A stretch of 64,000 nucleotides of DNA from Deltaproteobacteria bacterium (GCA_017644045.1 JAEPMI010000011.1:242763-306762); one strand, 5' to 3'. Counted from the first letter of the stretch, positions 19,076 to 30,696 are shown. The notes: generated from the letters alone by a model not told the origin. A program made the numbers and translations.

Positions 19076-19681
19076 ATGTGGAATCGAGTTGGACCCGCCT
19101 TGGTGGTCCTCGGTCTGGTCAGTGGGATGGTGTGGGTGTCGGCCGAGACGGGCGAAGCCCAGCGGCGCGGTCGGCGCGCTCGAAACCAGGGGCCGGTGGC
19201 CTTCTTCGCCGGTGCTTCCGAAGAGCAGACCATTCGCGGTGACACCAAGCTCGACTTCCGCGCGGTGTCCGAAGGCTCGACCGGCTGGGACCCGCGCGCG
19301 GGTCACTTCACCGTGCCCGCCGATGGTGCGTACCACTTCGATCTGGGCGCTCGGATCACCCACGCGCCGCCCTCGCTCAGTTGCGCCTACACCTTCACTC
19401 TGGTGAAGAAGCGCGGCGGGAACACGGTGGCCAGCGTCGAGATGCTGGTGCTCGAGCAGAGCACGGTCGACGTCGGGGACACGGGGCGCGGCAACCCGGT
19501 GATGCGACAGACGTCTTGGCGGCTGCGTGACTCTGCGGGCGTGACGCTGCCGCTGAAGGAAGGCGACATTCTCGAGGTGCACGCCGAACCGAGCATTCAG
19601 CTCTGCGGCGGACAGGCGCGGCTGACGCCGCTATCGGGCAGCCAGGTGGTGTCGTTCTTCTCGGGCCACCGGGTGCGCTGA
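19076..19681 (+). CDS. Secreted C1q/TNF-like jelly-roll domain protein
   Basis: Signal peptide, then VAFFAG...FRAV...GWDPRAGHFTVPADGAYHFD...L.EGD...FFSGHRV, which matches the C1q-domain landmark pattern. GGAGAGG Shine-Dalgarno lies before the ATG. Confidence 0.55.
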   Translation: MWNRVGPALVVLGLVSGMVWVSAETGEAQRRGRRARNQGPVAFFAGASEEQTIRGDTKLDFRAVSEGSTGWDPRAGHFTVPADGAYHFDLGARITHAPPSLSCAYTFTLVKKRGGNTVASVEMLVLEQSTVDVGDTGRGNPVMRQTSWRLRDSAGVTLPLKEGDILEVHAEPSIQLCGGQARLTPLSGSQVVSFFSGHRVR

Positions 19682-19687
19682 CGGCGT

Positions 19688-20812
19688 TCAGTCGTCGTCG
19701 CCGGCTGGCGGGATCCGGCCCGCGGGGCCCGGGTCTTCGCGCGTGCCGGCGATGCCCACCTTGAGGCGCTGCATCACGGCGTCGTGCTGACGCGCCTTGT
19801 ACGCCGCGTGGCTGGCGTCGCCGATCTCGTTGCCCTGGTCGGTCTCGTGGTCGAGGACCTGGAACTCGGTCTGCACGAAGATCACGCGACCGAGCGCCCA
19901 CGCGGCCGGGGGCGCTTCGCTGAGGAGCTCTTCCGGGAGGCGAACCGGCATGTCCGCCACGAAGTGCACGACCCGGTAGGCCTTGGAGGTGAACATGTTG
20001 TCCACCAGCTCGCGGCCTTCGTCCTCGAAGTCGATGCTGAGCTGGAGATCGGGCAGGTGCTTCTTCAGGGCCGGGAGCGACTCGCAGTGGCTCCGGAAGT
20101 GCACCAGCGTGTTCGTGGACTCGCAGGGGATCACGTAGTTGAACGGGAAGACCTCGCGCATGAGGTAGTTCAACATGGGGAACACGTCGTCGACGGATCG
20201 GGTGACGATGCGGAAGCGCAGCTTGTCGTAGATCTGCGCGGCGCTGACCTCCTGCTTGGAGAGCAGCTTCGTGTAGAGCGAGTCCTTGTTCTTCCGGCCG
20301 CCGATGAACTCGACCACCGGGAAGCCGCGGGCGAGGGCGTTGCCGATGACCCGGTAGACCTTCTGCTCCACCAGGTGGAAGACCTCCTCGTCGGAGGTGG
20401 GGAGCATGAAGAGCAGCTCCCGCGCTTCCAGGTGATGAATGATGTGCATCACCTTGAGGATCGTGCAGGCGCAGAGCTGGCGGTGGCCCTTGGCGGACGC
20501 CAGCTCGAGCAGGCCCGCGACGTCGAGGGCCGCGACCGGCTTCGGGATGGGGAAGTCGAACTTCCGTCGGAGGTAGCTGATGGCGGAGTGCTTCACCGCC
20601 TCCGAGCGGGCCCGGTCGACAGGCTCGTTCAGATCGATCTCGTGGGCGTGGAGGAAGCGGTCGACCTCGGCCCGGCTCTTGAAGTTCAGCCGGTGCCAGT
20701 CGATGACCGATCCGCCGCGTAGGAGGAGGCGGATGCCCTCCAGCTCCGCGAGCGTGCAGTCGCGAAGCTCGGCCAGCTCGTCCTGGGGGCCTTCGCTCGG
20801 TCGAGCCGTCAT
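19688..20812 (-). CDS. RelA/SpoT-like nucleotidyltransferase-fold protein of unknown function
   Basis: Synthetase-type motif series: GGRKNKDSLYTKLLSK (RxKxxxSxxxK), DKLRFRIVT (DxxxxRI), YRVVHFV (YxxxH), and VQTEFQV...HAAYKARQ (ExQ...HxxYK). Has a ~170-aa N-terminal extension. Confidence 0.55.
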   Translation of the reverse strand: MTARPSEGPQDELAELRDCTLAELEGIRLLLRGGSVIDWHRLNFKSRAEVDRFLHAHEIDLNEPVDRARSEAVKHSAISYLRRKFDFPIPKPVAALDVAGLLELASAKGHRQLCACTILKVMHIIHHLEARELLFMLPTSDEEVFHLVEQKVYRVIGNALARGFPVVEFIGGRKNKDSLYTKLLSKQEVSAAQIYDKLRFRIVTRSVDDVFPMLNYLMREVFPFNYVIPCESTNTLVHFRSHCESLPALKKHLPDLQLSIDFEDEGRELVDNMFTSKAYRVVHFVADMPVRLPEELLSEAPPAAWALGRVIFVQTEFQVLDHETDQGNEIGDASHAAYKARQHDAVMQRLKVGIAGTREDPGPAGRIPPAGDDD

Positions 20813-20831
20813 CCGGCGCGATCGTGCGGGC

Positions 20832-21026
20832 TCAGGAGCGCCCAGCGGTGGAGGAGGTGGGGGCTTCCGAGCGGGTCGCTTCGGTGCTGCGACCGAGGCG
20901 GAGGGTTCCGAAGAAGATGCCGAAGGTCACGCCGAGGACGATCACGTTCCCGACCAGGGCGCCGTTGCAGCCCGTCAGGACCATGGAGCCCACGACCATC
21001 GCCATGGTGGAGAGCGCCTTCAGCAT
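20832..21026 (-). CDS. Possible small membrane or lipoprotein (64 aa)
   Basis: Hydrophobic N-terminus with LTGC, then a second hydrophobic helix. Ends 19 nt upstream of the RelA/SpoT-like gene. Short ORF, so weak support. Confidence 0.35.
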   Translation of the reverse strand: MLKALSTMAMVVGSMVLTGCNGALVGNVIVLGVTFGIFFGTLRLGRSTEATRSEAPTSSTAGRS

Positions 21027-21312
21027 TCGTTGGTTCCGTTCATTCGTTGGTCCTCAAAACTGCTCGACCGGGGCCAAGAGCGGCGAAGGATGACCGTCCG
21101 CTACGCTCGTGCAAGCCCAGCACTACCTACAGGTAGTACCATGTACGACATGTCGGAGTGAGGTCAAGAATCTGTGAGCCCTCACACCTGCTGGGACGTG
21201 GGACCCGAACGCCCATCCACGCCCAGCGACCCGGAGGGGGTATCACGGGCGCACGGATCCGATCCACCACGATTGCTCCGAGCGGGCGCCTTCTCTATCT
21301 TCCCCCGCACGC

Positions 21313-23681
<2,369 letters not shown>

Positions 23682-23685
<4 letters not shown>

Positions 23686-25976
23686 CCGCGGAGCGACAAC
23701 GGCGGCGGCTTCCGCTGCCTCCCCGCCTGGCTCGCGTCCTGAAGGAGCGGGCCACGCGGGTGTCGCTCGCCCTCGCGCTCCTGCTCGGGCTCGGGCTCAG
23801 CTTCAATCGGCTCTCCGGGGTCCCCGGCGTCGAAGGCGCGCTCGCGCTCGGCGTGCCGCTGCCCTTCCTGGCTGCGATCCTCTCGTCGCGCGCCGTGGTG
23901 CGCGCGCGAGGTGGCGAGGGGCCGGGCGGGGCGCGCGATCTGATCCTGGACGCAGCGCTCCGCGGCGCGCTGCTCTGGCTGGTGCCGAGCCTGGTGCTGG
24001 CGGCGAACATGGTCTGGGTCCGCGTCTGCGAGCCAGGCCTGGGGCTCCTCTTCCTGGTGCTCGGTCCGTTCGTGGGCGTTCAGCTCGCGAGCCTGGCGGC
24101 GCTTTGGGTCGCGGTCGTGGTGCCACGCTTCGTGACCTTCGCGGCGATCCTGGTCCCGCTCGGCGGCGTGCTCTGGGGGCTCGGCGAGTTCTGGGCGACC
24201 CCTGCCATCTTCGTCTTCTCCCACACCGCTGGCTGGTTCCCGGGGACGCTCTACGACGTCGGCCGCGCGTTCCCCTTCGCGCTCGTGACCTATCGCGCGC
24301 TGACGCTCGTGTGGATCGCGGTGGCGGTGCTCGGCGTGTTGGCGGTCCGACCGGACAGCGCGCGCGCGGGCCGGCCGCGTTGGGCGCTGCTCGCGTTCGC
24401 GCTCTTGCTCACGGCCTGTGGTGTGGTGGGCTGGGCGAATGGGCCCGAGCTCGGTCACCGCAGCACCGTGGCCGCGATCGACGAGGCGCTCGGCAAGCGG
24501 GTGGTGAGCGAGCGCTGCGTGGTGCACCTCCCGCGCGAGGTCTCGCCGCACGATGCGTGGCGGCTCGCCCGCGACTGCGACTTTCGGGTCCACCAGGCCG
24601 AGCAGGCGCTCGCGGTGGAGCAGCGCGCCAAGGTGCACGCCTTCTTCTATCGGTCCGCGCAGGAGAAGGAGCGCTGGATGGGCGCTGGCCGGACCTACAT
24701 CGCCAAGCCCTGGCGCGACGAGGTCCACTTGCAGCTCTCCGGCTGGCCGCACCCGGTGCTGGCCCACGAGGTCGTGCACGCGGTCGCGGCGCGCGCCGCG
24801 CAGGGGCCCTTCCGCGTCTCCGGCCAGCTCGGCGGCTGGCTTCCGGACCCGGGGCTCATCGAGGGCACGGCCGTGGGCATCGACTGGCGCGAGCGCGACG
24901 GCATGGACCCGCACATGTGGTCGCGCGCGATGCGCGACCTCGAGCTCCTTCCGCCGCTCGACCGATTGCTGGGCCTGAGCTTTCTGCAGCTCCCGCACAG
25001 CGTCGCCTACAGCGGCGCCGGCTCGTTCACCCGCTTCTACCTGGATCGCTACGGCTCGGAGAAGCTGCGGCAGGCCTACCACGACGGCGACTTCGGGGGG
25101 CCGGTCGGCAAGACGCTGGAGGAGCTCGACGCCGAGTGGCAGGCGGTGCTCGACGAGCAGGTACTCCCCGAAGGCACGCTCGAGCTGGCGAAGCTCCACT
25201 TCGACCGGCCGAGCATCTTCGAGACCACGTGTCCCCACCGGCTCGCTGCGCTGAAGGGCGAGCTCGGTGGCGATCTGGCCGCAGGCGACGATCGGCGCGC
25301 CCAGGCCACGTGCGAGGAGATTCTGTCCATCGATCCCGGCAGCGCGACGACGCGCGCGGCGCTCGTCGGCGCGCTCGCGCGCGACGGACAGCAGGATGTC
25401 GCGGTCGAGCAGCTGACCCTGCTCGAGGGGGCGCCGCTGACCTTGGTGGCCAGCGCCCGCGCGTCGATGGCCGACGCCAAGTGGCTCGACGGAGACAGCG
25501 AAGGCGCCGCCGCGATCTACCGCGAGCTCATGGACGCCCCGCAGTCCGAGGCCTCGCGGCGGCAGCTCCAGGTGAAGCTGCTGGCCATCGAGGCGGGCGG
25601 ACGGCAGGAAGCGATCCTGCGCGGCCTCTTCCTCGGCACCAGCGGCCGCGGCTCGAGCGTCCCCGCGGTGGTCCACTTCGCGCACCTCCTCGACGGCATC
25701 CGGGAGGACGGCCTCGGCAGCTACCTCGCCGCCCGCCAGCTGCTCGACGCCGCATCGCGCCCCGATCTCGCGCTTCCGATGCTCGCGAGGTCACGCGAAC
25801 GCGGGCTTCCCTCCCCCGAGCTCGAACGGGAGGCGCTTCGCTTTCACGGGCGCGCGGCCTACGGGGCTCATCACTGGGACGAGTCGCGGGAGCTCTGGCA
25901 GGAGGCGGTGAGCGATCCGTTGCTGCAGCACGAGGCGGAGGACTGGTTGGCCCGGCTCGACTGGCGCGAGGACTGA
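23682..25976 (+). CDS. Polytopic membrane protein with an HExxH...EG (MA-clan-like) metallopeptidase motif and C-terminal TPR repeats
   Basis: TTG 23682 forms a TTGA overlap with the lon stop. About 8 TM helices. LAHEVVHAV...[11 protein letters not shown]-like C-terminal half. The ORF-track start 23496 lies inside lon. Confidence 0.6.
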
Positions 25977-26003
25977 GCAGCGCACCGTCGCTCGGGGGCG
26001 GCA

Positions 26004-26131
26004 GTCGGCGTTCGGCGTCGGCGTCGGCGTCGGAGTTCGGCGTTCGGCGTCGGAGTTCGGCGTCGGTGTTCGGCGTCGGTGTTCGGCGTCGGAGTTCGGC
26101 GTCGGAGTTCGGCGTCCGTGTCGGACTTCGG
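26004..26131. repeat. GTCGG-core 6/7-nt array (reverse-complement orientation of the CCGAC family)
   Basis: gtcggcgttcggcgtcggcgtcggcgtcggagttcggcg... Starts 28 nt after the stop of the TPR/peptidase gene. Confidence 0.9.
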
Positions 26132-26365
26132 TTGTGTAGCCTCGCTTCGCATCGGCTTGCCTTCGGCAAGGGGTGAAGGGGCTGGGCTCGTCCTGCTGAT
26201 CTGAGGCTGCCCTCGCGGTCGGGGTAAGTAAACCCGGCTCGCTGCGCTCGCCCCGCCTTCGGCGGCTGACGGGGTTGACTGACCCCGCCCGCGAGGGCGG
26301 GGGGGCGGGTGCGCAGGACGGCGTGGCGGTCACGTCGTCGCTCGCGCGCCGAAAGGAACCCAATC

Positions 26366-26698
26366 ATGCTTCTCGTTCAGGAACTCTCGTTGGAGCTCGT
26401 GGCTCTCGTTCATCGCGATGTCATGCCGAAGGCTCGCGTTGGCGATCCGGACCTCGCGGACCAGCTCGGTCGTGCGGTGCGGTCGACGCCGCTCAACATC
26501 GCAGAAGGCGAAGGCTACGGGCGGTCGCGTCGGCGGGCGCATCACTTCAAGACGGCGCTCGGCTCCGGTCGGGAGGTCTTCATCGCACTTCGACTGTTGG
26601 TCTCGACCAACGTGGTGCCTGTGGCTCAGGCGGCCGAGAGCGTTGCGCTCAGTGACCGGGTCAACAAGATGCTCTTCGGGCTGATTCGGAAGGGCTGA
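26366..26698 (+). CDS. Four-helix-bundle protein (23S rRNA intervening-sequence protein / DGR Avd-like family)
   Basis: MLLVQELSLELV...DQLGRAVRSTPLNIAEGEGYGRSRRRAHHFKTALGSGREV... matches the family signature. AAGGA Shine-Dalgarno lies before ATG 26366. The ORF-track start 26309 is probably too early. Confidence 0.8.
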   Translation: MLLVQELSLELVALVHRDVMPKARVGDPDLADQLGRAVRSTPLNIAEGEGYGRSRRRAHHFKTALGSGREVFIALRLLVSTNVVPVAQAAESVALSDRVNKMLFGLIRKG

Positions 26699-26714
26699 GG
26701 GTCGGGAACGCGGC

Positions 26715-26747
26715 GAGACCCGCCGGGCAGGCTGCCCGGCGGGTCTC
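26715..26747. terminator. Bidirectional hairpin between the convergent four-helix-bundle genes
   Basis: 16+1+16 perfect palindrome GAGACCCGCCGGGCAG g CTGCCCGGCGGGTCTC. No clear U-tract. Confidence 0.55.
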
Positions 26748-26760
26748 CGTCACGTTCGCG

Positions 26761-27099
26761 CTACGCGACCTGGTGCCGCGTGAGCTTCCAGAGAATCGCG
26801 CAGACGTGATCGAGCCGGTCGAGCGCCTGCTTCACGCCCGCGTTTCGCTTCAGCGCCCGAGTCGCCAATCCGAGCTCGATGCAGGTCTTGCTCTCACGAG
26901 CGGACCCGAGCGCGATCTGGAAGTGATTCCGCTGCCGCTTGCCGCCGAGCAGCCCGAGCCCCTCGGAGACATTGAGCGCCACGGACCGAGCCGCACGATG
27001 CAGCTGCTGAGCGAGCTCGGCATCGTGAGCCGAGAGCATCGGCATGACGTCTTCATGGACCGCCGAAACAGCGTCGAGCGAGAGAGAATAGATCTTCAT
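26761..27099 (-). CDS. Four-helix-bundle protein (23S rRNA IVS / Avd-like family), paralog of 26366..26698
   Basis: MKIYSLSLDAV...QQLHRAARSVALNVSEGLGLLGGKRQRNHFQIALGSARES... GGAGG Shine-Dalgarno lies 6 nt before ATG 27099. The ORF-track start 27252 adds an implausible extension. Confidence 0.8.
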   Translation of the reverse strand: MKIYSLSLDAVSAVHEDVMPMLSAHDAELAQQLHRAARSVALNVSEGLGLLGGKRQRNHFQIALGSARESKTCIELGLATRALKRNAGVKQALDRLDHVCAILWKLTRHQVA

Positions 27100-27319
27100 T
27101 GGAAACCTCCGGTTGTTGCTGCCGTGGACGCCTCGTCCTGGCGCAGCCCCTCCGCCCTCGAGCGCAGGCGGAGTCAACCCCTTGCCGTCGCGAAGCGACG
27201 GTGCGGAGGCCAAAGGCCGGAGCAGGGTTGACGCCGCCGAGCACGAGGGCACGGTTGAACGACCAGGACGAGAGCCCCATCACCACTGGCTGAACGTGCC
27301 GGGGCGGCTGGGGCTCCCA

Positions 27320-27602
27320 GTCGGAGCTCGGAGTCGGCCGTCGGAGCTCGGAGCTCGGAGTCGGAGTTCGGAGTTCGGAGTCGGCCGTCGGAGTTCGGAG
27401 TTCGGAGTTCGGAGTTCGGAGTTCGGAGTCGGACTCGGAGTTCAGAGTCGGAGTTCGGAGTCGGCGTCGGCGTCGGCGTCGGAGTTCGGAGTTCGGAGTC
27501 GGACTCGGAGTTCAGAATCGGAGTTCGGAGTCGGAGTCGGAGTCGGAGTCGGCGTCAGAGTCGGAGTCGGCGTCCGCGTCGGAGTCGGCGTCCGCCGTCG
27601 GT
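27320..27602. repeat. GTCGG/TTCGG-core 6/7-nt array (units GGAGTC, GGAGTTC, GGAGCTC, GGCGTC)
   Basis: gtcggagctcggagtcggccgtcggagctcgg...ggagttcggagttcggagttcgg... Ends 34 nt before the stop of the FAD-oxidase gene. Confidence 0.95.
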
Positions 27603-27635
27603 GTTGGGAGTCGCGCGCCGGGGTCCCAACGCGGC

Positions 27636-28991
27636 TCACGGAAGCGCGAAGACGTCGTTCTCCAGCCAGGGGTTCAAGAAGTGCCGGTTCGGGTCCCACG
27701 CCTGCCGGACGGCTTTGAAGTCGTTCATCTTCGGGTACATCGTCGGCAGGTCGCCGTAGCGCGAGAAGTGCTTGCCCCAGTGCGGGCGCGCGCCGGGGAT
27801 GGCCGCCCAGCGGCTCTCGAGCTCGTCGAAGAAGGCCTGGAAGCCCGGGGTGCCGATCGCGGTGGTCGCCTCGATGTAGAGGCTGTGGCGGTCGTAGTTC
27901 GGTGCGATGTAGCCGTCGCCCGGACCGACGAAGCGACCGTGGAGCGCGTAGTTGATCGGGTACTTGCCGACGGCCGCGTACGCCGCGACCAGGTCGATCG
28001 CTTCCGACCACGCCTGCGACGCGTGGGTCGCAGGGATGCTGTAGGCGATGTCCCAGTTCTTCGAGTAGGCGTCCTGGAAGTGGAAGGCGTCCGAGGCGGG
28101 GATGATCTCCTTCTCGACCTCGGTGACGGTTCCACCCGCGAGCTTGGTGAGCACGGGCGTCAGCGATGGCGCGTTCTTCGCGATCCACGGCACCCAGACG
28201 TTCGCGGCGCGGCTCTGCACCTGGGTGTTCAGCCACTCCTCGGCCTTCCGCTGGAAGCTCCACTCGTCGGCGTGCGCCTCGGAGGGATCCATCAACAGGA
28301 AGTAGAAGGTGTCCGCGCCTGGCATCCAGAACATCTCGACGTATTCGTACGACGCGATGAGGTCGTCGAACTCGGCGAGCGTGCGGTCGACCGCGATGTT
28401 CCGCTTGTCGACGTAGACGTTGAACTCCTTCGAGACCTCGAGCTCGATCGAATAGATCATCCCGAGCGACCCGAGCGCGACCTTCGCCGCCGGCATCTCT
28501 GCATCGCCTTCGCTCACCGTTCGCACGGCGCCCGTCGCGTCCACGATCTGCAGCTCGGTGATGCTGTCGGAGAAGCAACCACCGCTCTTGCCGACGCCAT
28601 GCGAGCCGGTCGAGATGGCTCCAGCGATGCTCGGCCAGGGAAAGAGCGTCGGCGAGCGCAGGGTCAGGCCGTTGCCGTGCGTGATGGCGATGAGCTCGCT
28701 CATCTTCATGCCGGCTTCGACCTTCACGAAGTGGCGCTCGGTGGGTCCGCTACCGGTCGACCGAATCCCCAGGAGCCGGTTCAGCCCGCTCGTCTCGATG
28801 ATGCTGTTCCCGCTCGGCAGCGGGATGAGCGGCGTCCAGCTGTAGCCGGTGCCGGCGGGGCGGATCCGCCGGCTGCCGGTCGCAGCGTTCGTGACCGCGG
28901 TCTGCAGCTCCGTCAGGCTCGTCGGCGTGTAGACGTCGGCGATGCAGCTCTGGTTGCCGGTCCAGTTCTTCCATTCGCGTGTGGTGGGCAT
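27636..28991 (-). CDS. FAD-linked oxidase of the gulonolactone / arabinonolactone / alditol oxidase type
   Basis: N-terminal WKNWTGNQ, an FAD-binding PCMH-type region (PAGTGYSW...GAISTGSHG), and C-terminal ARPHWGKHF. GAGGA Shine-Dalgarno lies 5 nt upstream. Confidence 0.8.
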   Translation of the reverse strand: MPTTREWKNWTGNQSCIADVYTPTSLTELQTAVTNAATGSRRIRPAGTGYSWTPLIPLPSGNSIIETSGLNRLLGIRSTGSGPTERHFVKVEAGMKMSELIAITHGNGLTLRSPTLFPWPSIAGAISTGSHGVGKSGGCFSDSITELQIVDATGAVRTVSEGDAEMPAAKVALGSLGMIYSIELEVSKEFNVYVDKRNIAVDRTLAEFDDLIASYEYVEMFWMPGADTFYFLLMDPSEAHADEWSFQRKAEEWLNTQVQSRAANVWVPWIAKNAPSLTPVLTKLAGGTVTEVEKEIIPASDAFHFQDAYSKNWDIAYSIPATHASQAWSEAIDLVAAYAAVGKYPINYALHGRFVGPGDGYIAPNYDRHSLYIEATTAIGTPGFQAFFDELESRWAAIPGARPHWGKHFSRYGDLPTMYPKMNDFKAVRQAWDPNRHFLNPWLENDVFALP

Positions 28992-28998
28992 CGGGTCC

Positions 28999-30696
28999 TC
29001 AGATGTTGATGCTGTTGGGGACCCGAGAGGGCCGGTAGAAGGCGCAGTCGCGATAGCGGCTGGCGTCGCGCGCGACGATGGTCGCCTCGACGTTCTTCAG
29101 GGCGTCCTGGAAGTCGCGCACGATCGAACGAGTCCGCGGCAGCCAGCCGAGTCGATAGCGCCAGTAGGTCCCGATGCTGTCGAAGTGGAAGTCGCCGAAG
29201 GTGCTGTACGTGAAGCGGAGGTTGGCCGCGTCGAAGGGCGGGAGCATCGCGCGCCAGTGTGCTTCCGTGTCATCGGAGGGATCGGCGGGCGGTGGCGCGT
29301 AGGCCGACGCCGCGAAGGCCGGCGGATAGCGGTAGTACTCCATCTGCGAGAAGTGCTGCGACGCGTGCCCGGCGGTCGCGGTGTAGACCACCTGTGCCAG
29401 GATCCGGACCAGCGTCGCCTTGTTGTCGAGCGCTTCGCCCGGCTTGAAGAGACCGCGGAGGTTCCCTTCGGACGGGTCGGTCAGCTCCGCGACCCACCGC
29501 TGCATCTCCCAATCGGCGAGCACCTCGGAATCGTGCGCGTAGTACACGTCGACGTAGCGCTCGACGAAGGTGCGGATGGCGGCCGTGTAGAGCCGCATGT
29601 CGTCGCGGTAGGGGTAGACGGCGGGGCCGACGTCGACTCCGCGAGCGCTCACCTCCTCATCGAGCTCGAGCTTCCACAGCTCGTCCTCGTGGTGGGCGAT
29701 CTTCACGGTCTCCCGGAGCTCCTCGAGCGTGCCCGCGTAGAAGGTGAAGTAGGCATCCGTGCGGTCGACGAAGTTGTTGTACGCCGCCTCGTTCGTCCCG
29801 AGCGTGAAGCGCAGGTGGGGCTCGAGAAGGATGTAGACCGGGTGGTTCCGCGCGAGGTTCCGATAGGTCGCCATGCAGAAGGGGTCCATCGTCAGGTGCG
29901 TTCGGAGCACGTGACCCACGGCGACGTGGAAGTTCTCGTCGGCCACCTCCACGTAGAGCTTGCCGATGCGCCAGCCCATGCCGTCGGTCGGGTACCAGAC
30001 GCGGTTCGGCGGGTCGGCGTTCTTCTGGTCGACCTGGATGACCAGGGGGACCAGGTCACAGCCACGCGAGGGATCCGGGTCCTCCCAGAAGACCACGACC
30101 GGTGCAGGCAGGTACTTGTTGCGCCAGCGGGTGTCACGATTGGCCGGCGGCCGCAGCGAGCGCTGAAGGATCTCGTAGTCGAGGAAGTAGATCTTCCCCG
30201 CCGCGATCTCGGCGTCGAGCGTGGCGCCCCCGAGCTGCGCCTCGATGGCCGGCATCACCGTCGCCGGGTCGAAGAAGCGCCCCTCGAGATCGGCGCGGCT
30301 GGGGACCTTTCGCAGGCTGAGCGGGTTCGGTCCGGCGATGCGCCGCCATGCGAAGTCGACGTCCGAGTCGAAGTCGTCCACGTAGTCCGGCACGCGTCCG
30401 ATGAAGAGGTCCCGGTAGGCCTCGAGCTTGTCGTAGCGAAAGACCGCCTTCTGGAGGAGCGTCAGCCCCTTCTTCGCCGCGCGGTTTGCCTGCGCGAGTC
30501 CGTACAGAGGAAGGAACTTCGCGACCCAGGGCAGCCGGATCTTCTCGCTGACGAGCGGGAGCTCGCCGCTCGACATCACCGGGTCGAGCTGGTTCTCGTT
30601 CGGCGGCATCACGGCGTAGCGCTTGGCGCGACGAGCGATGAGCGTCTTTCGGAGCGCGGGAAAGCGGGCGTCGAAGGGCAGGGTGGGTTGGAACAT
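28999..30696 (-). CDS. Lipoxygenase (mini-LOX, 565 aa, no PLAT domain)
   Basis: Exact H-x4-H-x4-H-x17-H-x8-H signature (HVAVGHVLRTHLTMDPFCMATYRNLARNHPVYILLEPH). GHASQHFSQ. C-terminal ...VPNSINI (terminal Ile). ATG 30696-30694 overlaps the upstream TGA by 1 nt. The 891-aa ORF-track version is an artefact. Confidence 0.9.
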   Translation of the reverse strand: MFQPTLPFDARFPALRKTLIARRAKRYAVMPPNENQLDPVMSSGELPLVSEKIRLPWVAKFLPLYGLAQANRAAKKGLTLLQKAVFRYDKLEAYRDLFIGRVPDYVDDFDSDVDFAWRRIAGPNPLSLRKVPSRADLEGRFFDPATVMPAIEAQLGGATLDAEIAAGKIYFLDYEILQRSLRPPANRDTRWRNKYLPAPVVVFWEDPDPSRGCDLVPLVIQVDQKNADPPNRVWYPTDGMGWRIGKLYVEVADENFHVAVGHVLRTHLTMDPFCMATYRNLARNHPVYILLEPHLRFTLGTNEAAYNNFVDRTDAYFTFYAGTLEELRETVKIAHHEDELWKLELDEEVSARGVDVGPAVYPYRDDMRLYTAAIRTFVERYVDVYYAHDSEVLADWEMQRWVAELTDPSEGNLRGLFKPGEALDNKATLVRILAQVVYTATAGHASQHFSQMEYYRYPPAFAASAYAPPPADPSDDTEAHWRAMLPPFDAANLRFTYSTFGDFHFDSIGTYWRYRLGWLPRTRSIVRDFQDALKNVEATIVARDASRYRDCAFYRPSRVPNSINI

